This document shows positions 1 through 62,728 of a stretch of DNA of 64,000 nucleotides, one piece after another (within the stretch, counting starts at the first letter, position 1; every line of letters starts with the position of its first letter). The position numbers were made by a program, and so were the translations under genes. The notes beneath the pieces were generated by a model. That model was not told where the DNA came from. It did not search any database and worked only from the letters and a program-made list of their open reading frames with translations. The stretch spans positions 5,890,001 to 5,954,000 of the forward strand of contig OX597832.1 in NCBI GenBank assembly GCA_951406725.2. Direction: 5' to 3'. The stretch is from Octopus vulgaris. Taxonomy: Eukaryota.

Positions 1-60
1 ATCCTAACTGTTTTCCTAGAAATAATTCTATGATATCTATGAGAGATAGGGAAATTTTTT

Positions 61-468
61 TCCCTATTAGACCCGGCACCTGGTCTATGTGGAGAAAATA
101 ATGTAATCTATAAATGTACCATATCCACGGAGAATAACAAATATTTTTACATTGGATGTACAATTAATTTTTTAGCTAGAGTTAGAAATCACATCTCGAC
201 TTTTAAATTACGTCATAAAGCTGGTACCACCACACTTTCAAACAAAATCTGGGAACTCAAAAATAATAATAAAAATTATAACCTTAATTGGGAAATAGTT
301 AGGAGAGCAATTCCGTATAAAAATAGTAGGGTTGGTTGCCAACTATGCTCCATGGAGACATATGAAATTCTAAAGCATAGAAAACATAGAAACCTATTGA
401 ATAACCATATCGAACTAGGTCAAGTTTGTGTCCACGCTAAATTGAAGACTTTAAAATATTTTAAATGA
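61..468 (+). pseudogene. GIY-YIG endonuclease domain of the Penelope-like element (5' end truncated or frameshifted)
   Basis: Frame 1 reads LCGENNVIYKCTISTENNKYFYIGCTINFLARVRNHISTF...TLSNKIWELK...WEIVRRAIPY...CQLCSMETYEI...LLN..IEL...CVH. It has VIY/YIG, the conserved Arg and a CxxC motif. Confidence 0.85.
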
Positions 469-1966
469 TTAGAATATTCATAACTAGATAGATAGATATA
501 ACCTGATTTCTACTGGTATAGCACTGCTTTAAGTAGATAACTAAGAGTTCTCACACTACAGTTATCTTTTTCCTATATCTGCATCAGTTTTTTGAGAACA
601 GGGAAATGAATAGCACTTATTCGCTGCATAATTGAGGCTTTATTTAATTTCAAACTCACAATTTTTAAATTTTTAAATTCTTAATTTTAAATCTTAATTG
701 TAATTTTTAATTTTAGTTCCTAACTTAATCTAATTTAATTAGCATAACTCTAATTAATTAAATTGGGTTACTATAGACCCATAATTCTATTTCAAAATTA
801 AATAAATGGGACTATTCCCTCGGTGATAATATGACTATCTTCATTATGATAGACAATCCCCTAACACCTCTTAAATGATCTTTTAAGATTTGACCTGTAG
901 TCCGTCAATGTATGAATAATAACGGCAACTCCTTAAGACAATAAAATGAATAAATTAAATAAGTAAATTTTGATGACTTTTTGATAAGATTATACCTAGT
1001 TTTCCCTAATGTATTTTCTGGTGATTTTAGCATCTGACCCCGAAACCCCTAACTGTGTTATCTCTTTAGATTCTCTTTAAATTCATAGCTGATTTCAACA
1101 GCAATAAATTAACTGTTTTAACTGGTCAAAGAATAATATTCTCCTCTAATTCCTAGATGCCTGTAAACTAAAACCAGACTTGTCGTCTACTAATTCTTCT
1201 GTATAACTAGAACCCTTTTTTTTCTTTTTCTTTCTTCTTTCTTCTTTTTCTTTTTTTCTTTTTTCTTCTTTTTCTTTTTTTCCCTTCCTTCCCTATTTCT
1301 TTCTCTTTTCTCTTTTTCTTTTTCTTCTTCTTATTCTCTTTTTCCTTTTCTCTTCTCTTTGAGTCCCCCTTTCCCCCCCTTTTTACTCCCTCCTCTTTTA
1401 TTTTCTCTCTTTTTTTCTATGCCCTTCCCTTTTCTATTCTATACAGCTCTAGTAAGCCCTTCAGCCTTTAAAAGTTAAATAGCTACAGCCTCTTGTAAAT
1501 AGCAGTAATGTGATTAATGTGGCAAATACCTAATCATATAGCAAGAATTGATACCTACCTCATTGTGTTCAACCATTGATAAATTTATCGCCTGTGAATA
1601 TGAAATTCCTTGGAAATTTACACCTACACCATTGGAAATTGTGCATCTATACAAAGGATTAATTCACCCTCTCTGTAATTCTAATAAGCAGGAATTGAAA
1701 CCCACCTCGTTGTAATTAACAATGGATAAATTTGCCTTCTGTGAGTATGTAATCCCTCATCATATCTCTGGAAATTCATATGTGCACTATGGATTGGGTC
1801 ACCTTCTCTGTGATGCTATAAGACTTTTTAAAATTCTGTGATAAGACTGTACATCATCTTTAAAGAACTTGAATGAACTTTTGAAATCTGTTTATGTTAC
1901 TTAATTATCTACATTACTTCATGAGTATAGCCTCAACCACTAGGATGTCTAGAGAACTCACATGTA

Positions 1967-2057
1967 TTTTAGCTGATGAGTACGGGACACGTTTATATGC
2001 TGTAATTTTTGCAACTTTTAATAAAACCTGTCCTTGTATGAAACGATTGTACTAAAA
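1967..2057 (+). ncRNA. Type I hammerhead ribozyme motif with long stem II
   Basis: TTTTAG-CTGATGA-[gtacgggacacgtttat...ataaaacctgtccttgtat]-GAAA-CGATTG-TA/CTAAAA. Stem I is 6 bp, the core is intact and the triplet is GUA. Confidence 0.8.
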
Positions 2058-2087
2058 ACCTATCCATTCTTGTTGCTTCATTCTCGC

Positions 2088-2147
<60 letters not shown>

Positions 2148-2174
2148 TTTATTTTAAGCAGCAGAAAATTCAAC

Positions 2175-2222
2175 AAAATCTGTTACTCTGAGTTTCTCGT
2201 TGCCGTTCATCAGACAGTTTTT
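2175..2222 (-). ncRNA. Minimal type I hammerhead ribozyme motif (end of a second PLE-like element)
   Basis: Minus strand: AAAAACTGT-CTGATGA-aCG(GCAA)CGa-GAAA-CTCAGAG-TA/ACAGATTTT. Stem III is near-palindromic; the stem II closing pair is an A.A mismatch. Confidence 0.7.
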
Positions 2223-2821
2223 GCTAGAATGGAACTTATATATTAATTCAATCTATACTCTTACAAACGCTACACCTTTAAAAAGAAATGGACTTGTTTG
2301 ATTGGCCCTTTAGAAAAAAAAAATATATATACACATGTGTTCCATCAATACACAAACACACATATAAACCGTAAATATATTAATAATTGTTGTTTGTTTT
2401 GACTAATCACATCGACAACAAAGATTATTTTTTGATAGGAGGAAACGGAATGAAGGATCGTGACACCATTGAAAAGATGAACTGATATTACGTTAACTAT
2501 TCACTGGTGTATATACTTCTCATTGGTGTATATACTATTCACTGGTCTATATACTTCGCATAAATATTAAAGTACTTAGTGAAAGTACAACCGTCATATC
2601 TCTCATCACTCATTGTCACGAAGAATAATCACTTATTAAGGATAATTGAGGTCAAGATTCGGCAATCAGTTGCTAATATGGATATCTTTTGATACACCAG
2701 ATCAAAAGTACTGAAAAAAAGAGAAGGATGTTCTGTACATTGTGTAATAGTGAACAATTTGGTGTACGAACGTTTAAAACAATTGTTATAAATGAATATA
2801 TTGACATCCGCTCATCATATT

Positions 2822-2860
<39 letters not shown>

Positions 2861-3992
2861 GTATTATTTCTATGTTTTATTTGTGTCTCCCATCACAGCT
2901 TGATAAGCGGTGTTGGTGTGTTTACGCCTCCGTAAATCAGCAGTTTGACAAAAGTGACCGACAAAATAAGTACTAGACTTTAAAAAAGAAAGTCTGGTTG
3001 TTCAAGTAAAACCTTTCGAGGCGGTGCTCCAGCATGGCCGCAGTCAAATGACTGAAACAAGTAAAAGAATAAAAGAATATACATATATACATACATACAT
3101 ACATACATACAAACGCGCGCACACACACGCATACATACACTCTTATATATAGATAAATATACACACATATATGTATGTGAAAAAGAGAGAAGTACGTGTG
3201 TAAATCTGTATATATATATAATACGTATCTATATTCATATACATGCATACTTATATATATATATTTACATTCATATATATTAAGTGTGTCAGTATAAATG
3301 TGTGTGCATAAACAAAATACACTCAAGTGTTGCACTGTAGGTGGTCGCTTTGCATCCTTCTGAAACTTATCTTGACAATTTCCGCCTTAGTATACTTAGA
3401 CATATTCTGATAAAATATCTGCTTTTCTTTTTGTTTCTCTATAGCTGTCTATATAAATCTTTCTTTGTAATATAATCCTATCATATTTTTGACATTGCTT
3501 GAAGATATAGTCTCTATGTAGAGCCATAAATGGACGACTTTAATGCTATTTACAATAGTTAATTTCAATGAACAAGCTATCATTAAACTTAAAATGCTTC
3601 TTCAAATTTCTCTAAGATACCCTCTGATGGAATGGATCAACTTTTGTTATACGTTGCTAGGTTCCGAAAACACCATTGTAAGCAGGTGAATAAAGTAATT
3701 TTGTTGCTTAGTCCTCCTCCTAGACCGCCCTGATCGAGCAGTCTTACGATCAGTGGTTTTCCAGCTGTGACAGACCCATCCTTGTTTTAGAGATAATATG
3801 TATTAGATTACATTGACTAACGTGCTCTCGTTTCTTTAAGATGGTAGAAAGTGATTTGGATGAGATTTCGCTCCTGATTATACTAGATCGTGCACTCACG
3901 CATTAACTTTCTCATTAGCTCACTAAGTATTTACTGGAGTAAGTAGTGAAGATGAGAAGTTACGAAATATTTAGTTATAATTTTGTATTGCA

Positions 3993-4042
<50 letters not shown>

Positions 4043-4420
4043 AGCATCCGATCTGCGGTCAAAGAAATCGTGTCAGCTGCCGATGCTGCTTTCCATGTTT
4101 TGCCGTCGCGGTTAGATGGCGCTGGAGTGTCCTCTCCAGGGAGCAGGCTTGAGCAGTTTTTCGTGGGAGATCGGCAATTGCCCATGCGACACGTCTTCTT
4201 TCTCCATCGCCACCAGTGTTATCCAAGGGAAAGACAGGAGCCAGTACAACTTGGCACCAGTGGGGTTGCAGGAGATGCCAGAACGAAGTTGTCTGCAACA
4301 CCGAACTGCCTTAGGGACTCCTGATTTATCCTGGGGGTTTACTCCCGAAGCCTTTCCCTTAAGTGGGTATTATCGCAAGGCAGCGGAGTTGTTATTTATC
4401 GCTGCTGTCTTAAGCGGGTA
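4043..4420. mobile_element. GC-richer interspersed repeat or retroelement end next to (TAG)n
   Basis: Abrupt shift to GC-rich sequence after the (TAG)n tract; family not identified. Confidence 0.4.
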
Positions 4421-4592
4421 AGGGCCTAATAAGCAGCATAACGAGTAATGACAATTGCTTATTTGGATGGTCGTTGGCTCTTTAGAGTTCATCCACCCTT
4501 TGGCAGGTCTTGTATTTAATCCTGCAGGGTGACCAAATAGCAAGAAAAAACACTTTCCTCACAGAGCAAGCTATCTGGCACCTGTGAGAAAG

Positions 4593-4651
<59 letters not shown>

Positions 4652-5529
4652 TGGCATCTGGCACTTGTGAGAAAATAGGGTAAGTTCTTATGTTATATAT
4701 AGCTAATATAACGTTATGAATCCGAAAAAGGTTTTAATTAAAATACGCCAGTAATAAAGCGAAAAATCATTGGCGTTACTTGCAATTCTTGTTAAAATTG
4801 CAAGGGGCACAACTCCGAAATTGTTGTGTGTGGTGGTAACTCAAGACTGATTAGATACAATAATGTCAGAAACACTAAAAAACTAAAAAAAAACCTCAAG
4901 AAATACTATAACACAATTCACAATAGGTGAATGGCTACTCCATTGCTGCAACTTGGTAGAATGTTAGAAGAAATATCTTGGTAGTGATCGAAATTAGCCC
5001 GTGAGGTTGGATTTCAAAACCTTTTCAAGTTGAATTAATGCTCATACATCCGGATTCGTTTAAAGAATATATCAGTAATATACTGATAATTAATGTATTT
5101 TACTGCACACTTCTTCTTAGGTATTACAGTGACAAGCAAAAACGATCGCTCGAACGAACGAAATAGTTTCTGTATTGTCACTCGACTTGCTCTAATAATA
5201 GACAAATATCCATCAAATCACATTCTGTCGCCTTAAAATAGGAAATGCACATTGGATAATGTAGTCCTGAACACTATTTTAGAAAAAAAGAAAAAAGATC
5301 GCATCAGGAATGTCTTTGACGTTAAGTCTGCTTAATCCGGGATGATATGGAACCAAACAATAACAACTCACGGAAGCCCATTTAATAATTTCAGAAAGAA
5401 AATATGACATATCTGAACTGTACTTGTTTGTTAAATGATCTGAGACTCTGTGCTAAAAGTGAAGTAATCGCATCTTAGAAGAGTCATCTTTGCCATTTAA
5501 GAATAATTCAAATTTCATATCTCCTTTCT

Positions 5530-5535
5530 TTTATT
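5530..5535 (-). promoter_or_regulatory. Candidate polyadenylation signal of the SLC22 gene
   Basis: Plus-strand tttatt (AATAAA on minus) ~270 nt after the candidate stop. The hexamer is common in AT-rich DNA. Confidence 0.3.
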
Positions 5536-5806
5536 TTTTGGCATGTCAAAATCTTCGGCCCACATTTGTGACCTAGTCATTGACACATTCCTCTACAACT
5601 ATTGAACATCAATTATTGGCATATTTATATTTTATAGACCACAGTACGAATGTCACTAATAAAAGTATAAATATATAGACAAGCAGAATTATTGAGCCTA
5701 AAATATACTAACGGTGACACATGTTAAAGGTTAAACAGTTATAAGCCAGACCCGTATGACTCAGAATGATATAATAATAAAAAATAAACACGCCTATAGA
5801 AACTCG

Positions 5807-56436
<50,630 letters not shown>

Positions 56437-57251
56437 ATTGATGATGAACAGTTAAAATATTGATGAAATACAGACAGTAACAAAAACATAAAATGGTAAT
56501 TACTTAAGTGAATATATTGAGATTATTGATAATCTTAAATATATATTTACTAATAGATTACAATTGTTAAGAATATTGTTGTAAAGGAATCGATGAATTA
56601 AAAGCATCTAATAGAATAGGTAGAAGTGAGTTAAGTAACATTTGAAAATTAAATGCAGCTTCTATAAGTTGTAAATACTGACAACGTTCGTGTAAGGAGT
56701 GACAAGTGAGAGTAGGTGGTAGCGATAGCTAAAGTTACTGTTCTGTTGTTGAAGAAAATGTTACAGTGGGAGTTTCTTGACTTCAGCTCTGTTCAGCGAC
56801 AAGCCCAAGCATCAGTCTGATACATGGAGACTGACTGTTATATTTAATACAGAAATTTACAATGTCATGCCTGGTGGGCAGGGCCAAAGCTGAGCGGGGT
56901 TGTCAATTAGAAGCGTAAGTTATTCAAGTAATAACATGACATGTTAATCTAAAACAGTGGGAGGAGACAAGCTATCGTAGGTAACAGCCCTGTAAATTAT
57001 GGAAAACCAAATGCTCAACAAGAAAATTAGAGAATATTGTGCATAGATAGAATAATATATAATATCATTATTCAGTTTATTTAAAGATTTCTTGGCAATA
57101 GAGAAAGAACCGGTTTCTAACCTAGATCCAAGGCTGCTTCATTGGAATTTTAACATCAACAACAGGATATTTTTGTATGTATGTATGTGTGTATGTATGT
57201 ATGTATGTATGTATGTATGTATGTATGTATGTTTATGCGTGTGTATGTATG

Positions 57252-57285
<34 letters not shown>

Positions 57286-57287
57286 TA

Positions 57288-58696
57288 CAGTCGCGTATTT
57301 TGTCACAGGATCTGTCTATATCCTTGTCCTTTATTTTTACTTCGACGTCAAAATGGTATTTCTTTCTTTCTTTTTCTTTCTTTCTTTCTATCTATCTTTC
57401 TTTCTTTTTTTCTTTCTTTCTTTTCTATGTATCTATCTGAGTTCTCTCTTTCTTTCCCTTCTCCCTTCTCTTTTCCTCTCTCTCTTCTCTTTTTACCCAT
57501 CTCCCCCTCTCTCTCCCTATCTCCCCCCCTCTCTCGTACTATATTAAACTATCCCATCTTTTTTATGTCTTTTACTTTTCAAGATTTTCTCTTTCTCTTT
57601 TCTTCCGCCCTATTTTCTCTTCTCACAGAATCTATATGTTTAAGACTTAGAAGAGCAATTTCACCATATCTTGTGCCATCAACACATTGTAAGTGGTCTA
57701 TTTGCTTTGATAACCGAGTTTTCTCCATTTTGGAGGACATACCTAGCATCAAGACTTGGCTGATAGTGAACACCAGCTGCCGAATGTTGATATTCAAACC
57801 GAATTTTATGAGCATCTCCACCAAAAGTGATGCCTAGCTCTGCATTTCCTAATTGCCTGCATCATGATTGATAAGAGCACAATAATTATCAAACATTTCT
57901 TTCACTAACTGTGTGTGGTCTGAGCTTTGATATGTGACAACTTAAACAGGTTGACGTCTGGTCATATCTGTATTTATACAATCTTAGAGGAACTTTAGAA
58001 TGTCTCCTTAATGTTGGAAAGTTGAGGTTTCGCACCATTAGAAAGAAGCTGAGATTCATCGCATTTTTCAGAATTAATTCAGCAACTATCGAAGGATTTA
58101 TGTACATGTTTCCGCCAGGAAGATTTTTACAAAAGGCTGACTGACAAAATTTTAGCAGTCCTGGCTTAAACATAATGTATGTTCGGAAGAGGAAGAAGAA
58201 CCATGGACACAGTGTTCTGCTTTGTTCAGATACACGGGGAACGTGTGGAGCAGTACATGGCATGGTATATGAGTTTCATTGACTTCACAAAGGCAACGAA
58301 CTTTCTGAGTTGAGGATGAAGGGCAGTGCTGCTATCTAGCGTAACAATAACAAATATAATAATCCAAAAATGAGTTACATATTACAATAAAATCTACATA
58401 TAACAACAAATTCACAGTAAAATTTGCTTGAGTTATTGCCTTAGTTATTGCCAAGTCTTCACATTTTTAGTCTTGACCCAATGCCTATTTTTTACATAAT
58501 GAATTTGCCTACCATATATACTATTCTATTTTGCATAAAACTTTAGCTATAGAGAAAGAAAGATAGATAGATAGAGAAAGAAAGAAAGATAGATAGAAAG
58601 AAAGAAAGAAAAAGAAAGAAAGAAATACCATTTTGACGTCGAAGTAAAAATAAAGGACAAGGATATAGACAGATCCTGTGACAAAATACGCGACTG
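57288..58696. mobile_element. TIR-bounded non-autonomous DNA transposon ~850 bp upstream of the SLC22 ATG
   Basis: TA|CAGTCGCGTATTTTGTCACAGG... and ...CCTGTGACAAAATACGCGACTG|TA. Near-identical inverted arms of >110 bp include the (TTTC)n part; no intact internal ORF. Confidence 0.8.
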
Positions 58697-59594
58697 TATA
58701 CATACTTCTGGTTTCTCATTTTTAAGTATTCTAGTGCATCAATATTTTAACAAAATGATGGTACCGTTTTTAATTGTAATGTTACTTTGTAAATTAAAAT
58801 CAAATAATTTTTAATATTCAAATTTTATCCTTAGCTGCAATATTTTCAGTAAAAATTTTCTTGTTCTGTGCTTTACCAGATGTAATAAGTTGTCCTGAAC
58901 TTTTCCAAGTGTAATAACTTGTCCTGTACTTTTTCCAGGTTTATAATCATAAGAATATTATTTCTCTTGCTCACATTTTTCCATATAATCCATGTTTTTC
59001 CAGGTTATGCTATTATGCTAATTAATAATGTATCAAATGTGTCAGTTAGCAGTGTCATTGATAATTTTTTCCTTACCTTAATGACGCCGGTGACATAAAA
59101 CTATATTCATAAAAAAATAAAGAACAATATTATCACCATCAAATTTGAGAAACAAACACTCATAACTTTTTTCTTTTAAAACTTCATTGCATGAGATTGA
59201 TACCATGAAATTCCTCGAATTGATCTCAATCATTTAAGCTTAATTAAAATATAGTTTGTTTTTAAAATAAAAAAGTTAATTATGCTTAAATCCAATTTTT
59301 TGCCTTATATTTTTTCATGATATATTACCTCACAACTTTTTTTTTATCCAGATTTTTATTGCATGGGATAAAAGCTATAAAATTCCTCATGCTTTCTTCT
59401 ATCATTGAAGCTAAGATAAAAATATTTTTGTTCAAAAAATTTTTTTGGATCTAAACTTGATTGGAATCTTTACTTACTCTCCCATAAGTAGCTAGGGACC
59501 AGTCCGCGCGTGTGTGTGTATTTCTTTATTTGTGAGTGAAGGCTACCATTGGTTTCATGTTAAGAAAAGTAGGAAAATATTTTAGTGTCTTAAC

Positions 59595-59707
59595 AATTTT
59601 TCAAGCCGATCACATAAGAAAGGCGTTCGCCTCCATTTTAGAAAACAGTCTCCTGTTTTCCAAAATGGACGCAAACACCTTTCTTCATATGATCGGCTTG
59701 AAAAATT
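59595..59707. repeat. ~54-bp imperfect hairpin with a 4-nt loop
   Basis: 59595-59648 pairs with 59653-59707, with 5 substitutions and 1 indel. Confidence 0.9.
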
Positions 59708-60124
59708 TCATGTATATGCATGTATATATAAAAACGTAAAAGGGGTACAATGAACTTGCCGTGAGGAGTGGAATATCCAACGTTTCGGATTCGCGCAGAA
59801 AGGAGAAAGAAAAAGGTATTATTTTTCAAGTCTTGCCGACGCAAAGCCATCAGATTATTATTGCATGTATATATACCATTAAACATGTATATATGTATAT
59901 ATCCCTTTAAACCGAGTATCTGTATATAAGACATTGGGATCAAAATCCTTACTCGCCTCTGATGGTCCTTAGGGCAAAAAGAGCATTAATTTGCTGGCCT
60001 AATTGTTTTAGATAAAAAAAATATTGACATCCAGACTTCATGCACCGGGTTCTTAATTCCAAGTGGCCTGACCAGTCGCCTAACTGTTAACCCAGGAATA
60101 AATGTATATATATACATATATAAG

Positions 60125-60376
60125 TGGAGGCGCAATGGCCCAGTGGTTAGGGCAGCGGACTCGCGGTCGTAGGATCGCGGTTTCGAATCCCAGACTGGGC
60201 GTTGTGAGTGTTTATTGAGTGAAAACACCTAAAGCTCCACGAGACTCCGGCAGGCGGTGGTGGCGATCCCTGCTGTACTCTTTCGCCACAACTTTGAATG
60301 CTAAAACAATGCGTAGCGCATTGTGACCAGCGATGTGTAGCAACATCTGATAGCATGGTTGGTCACAGTGATCACA

Positions 60377-60380
<4 letters not shown>
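60125..60380 (+). mobile_element. tRNA-derived SINE family C
   Basis: A-box TGGCCCAGTGG, TCG anticodon-like loop (cggactcgcgg), B-box-like GGTTTCGAATCCC; second copy at 31603-31957. Confidence 0.82.
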
Positions 60381-60416
<36 letters not shown>

Positions 60417-60496
60417 TGTATATATATATATGTATATATATATGTATATTGTTACAAAGGTAGTTGCACAATTACCCTATAACGATATATATATAT

Positions 60497-60725
60497 TTCT
60501 TTACTACCCACAAGGGGCTAAACACAGAGAGGACAAACAAGGACAGACAAAGGGATTAAGTCGATTACATCGACCCCAGTGCGCAACTGGTACTTAATTT
60601 ATCGACCCCGAAAGGATGAAAGGCAAAGTCGACTTCGGCGGAATTTGAACTCAGAACGTAACGGCAGACGAAATACGGTTACGCATTTCGCCCGGCGTGC
60701 TAACGTTTCTGCCAGCTCGCCGCCT
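60497..60725 (-). mobile_element. tRNA-derived SINE family A (Meta-domain-like core GCCTTTCATCCTTTCGGGGTCGATAAA)
   Basis: Head GGCGGCGAGCTGGCAGAAACGTTAGC...GAGTTCAAATTCC. More than 15 related copies: ~14868, 16317, 18136, 26968, 27196, 27421, 35735, 37678, 41566, 44210, 49560, 51000, 51390, 51613, 52055, 53620-54240, 60960. Confidence 0.85.
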
Positions 60726-60749
60726 TTAACGATATATATATGTGTGTGT

Positions 60750-60825
<76 letters not shown>

Positions 60826-61943
60826 CTCAAGCACTAAACGTGCTTCACCCAACAAAATGTTGGGTCAACCTCATCATTGTATGTAATTGCCTTTGTAACA
60901 ATTACCGTATAGCACATTAGTATACGCAAGTGAAAGAAGCCTAAATATTATGTAAATTAAGGCCTGAAATTTGTGGGGAGGGGACTAGTCGATTACATTG
61001 GCTCCAGTGCGTAACTGGTACTTCATTTATCGACCTTGAAAATTAACCTCAGAGCGTAACGGGTAAAACACCACCAAGCATTTCGTCCAGCATGCTAACA
61101 ATTCCGCCAGCTCACCGTCTTAAATTATGTTGTCATGATAAAAATTATTTTGTAACCAAATCTCCGGTTTTATTTTGATCTTGGATGTGTGTGTGTGTGT
61201 GTGTTTGTGTGTGTATGAGTGATTGTGTGTGTGTGTATGTTTGTGTGTATGTTTGAGAGAAAGAGAGAACGAGAGAGAGGGAGAGAAAAATTGCGTGTAT
61301 GTATGGATGGATGTATGCATGAGCTTATGTAGCTAAAAGATAAATACTAAATGAGTAAATACATTATGTAATCATGTCCAAATCCATTCTTCAGAGAAGA
61401 GTTGGGGGAGAGCGAGCGTTGAGGTAGGCAGAGAAAATCCTGGTTTGGCAACATCAAGGACCGGACTGGACTGGTTACGACATATCGAACCTACCATGTG
61501 TCACAGAGAACAGAAACCAATGGCGACGGCTGGCTATGAAAGTATTTAGAGTGGCACCCCAACGCCTAGCTGCATCAGTTAAGGGATCTTGATGATAATG
61601 ATAATGATAATGTTAATATGATGATGATGAGGAGGAGGAGGAAGAGGAAGAGGAGGGAGGAGGAGGAGGAGGAGGAGGAGGAGGACGACGATGATGATGA
61701 TGTAATCAAATACTAAGTTCATAAGTCGAAGTACTCTTTCATCATTTGATTGTTTCGCTCAGACGAACTGGATTTGTAAGCTGTATAATTTCTACGTTAT
61801 ATTTAAGCGTTCAAATCTTTTTATATATGAAGTAAGTACTTCGTACCGTCTTCCTTTTCTGACCAATTTATATACAAACCACTCCTCATCGCAGATGCTA
61901 CTCTAAATTGTAAGGCTCGATGAAGAACTGTTTCTAAGTTTGA

Positions 61944-61990
61944 CAGTGTCTGATGAGGTGAAGGGTCATCGAAACATCTAGATGCTTCAC
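61944..61990 (+). ncRNA. Degenerate hammerhead ribozyme motif
   Basis: GTGT-CTGATGA-GGTGA(aggg)TCATC-GAAA-CATCTAGATG (perfect palindrome)-CT-TCAC. U16.1 is replaced by C, so it is probably inactive. Confidence 0.55.
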
Positions 61991-62488
61991 AAGGCAACTT
62001 GGTGTAAATATCACACGTTCATTTTGACGGTTTACTTAACCTTCTTTGTTTAATTTACATGATCAAAGCAGCAACGGCAAATGACGGGGTGCACTGTCAG
62101 TGTTTAAATATCATGTTTAAATTAACTGGAGATTTTGCTACTTTCATGCGATTTTATAGTGTGTGCGCGCGCGCGCGTGTGTGTATGTTGTGCATAGGAG
62201 CATGAATCCATATATATATATTGTATTGAAGGGAGTATAATTCAAGCTGAGTCCTCGTGAAATATATCTGAACGTTCCAGTAAACCAGTGTATGTATATA
62301 GATGTTATATTTCAAATGAGGCATACCTTTTGCAATTTCTGGTGAATCATATTTACAGAGTAGGTATATATTGAAGCAAAGACTGGGAAATTTCGTATAT
62401 TTTTAATTCCATGTTACACGTCTTTTATTACTGTACAAGAAATATATTATGAATATAAACAATATATTAATAATAATAACAGCAATAT

Positions 62489-62691
62489 AGGCGCAGGAGT
62501 GGCTGTGTGGTAAGTAGCTTGCTAACCAACCACATGGTTGCGGGTTCAGTCCCACTGCGTGGCATCTTGGACAAGTGTCTTCTGCTATAGCCCCGGGCCG
62601 ACCAATGCCTTGTGAGTGGATTTAGTAGACGGAAACTAAAAGAAGAGTGGATTTAGTAGACGGAAACTAAAAGAAGCCTGTCGTATATATG

Positions 62692-62728
<37 letters not shown>

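Larger units (their letters stand above)
1..2088 (+). mobile_element. 3' part of a Penelope-like retroelement (Naiad-like): GIY-YIG C-terminus, long 3' region, hammerhead, ending at (TA)n
   Basis: GIY-YIG reading frame ending at TGA 466-468; hammerhead at 1967-2057; abuts the (TA)n tract 2089-2146. Confidence 0.8.

Noticed and set aside
3323-3359. Alternative terminal SLC22 exon (RRMQSDHLQCNT*)
   Set aside because: It is phase-compatible but has a weak pyrimidine tract; 5807-5861 has a much stronger acceptor. Not excluded without RNA-seq.
60125-60200. tRNA-Arg gene
   Set aside because: It continues into a SINE body shared with 31603-31957, so it is a SINE head.
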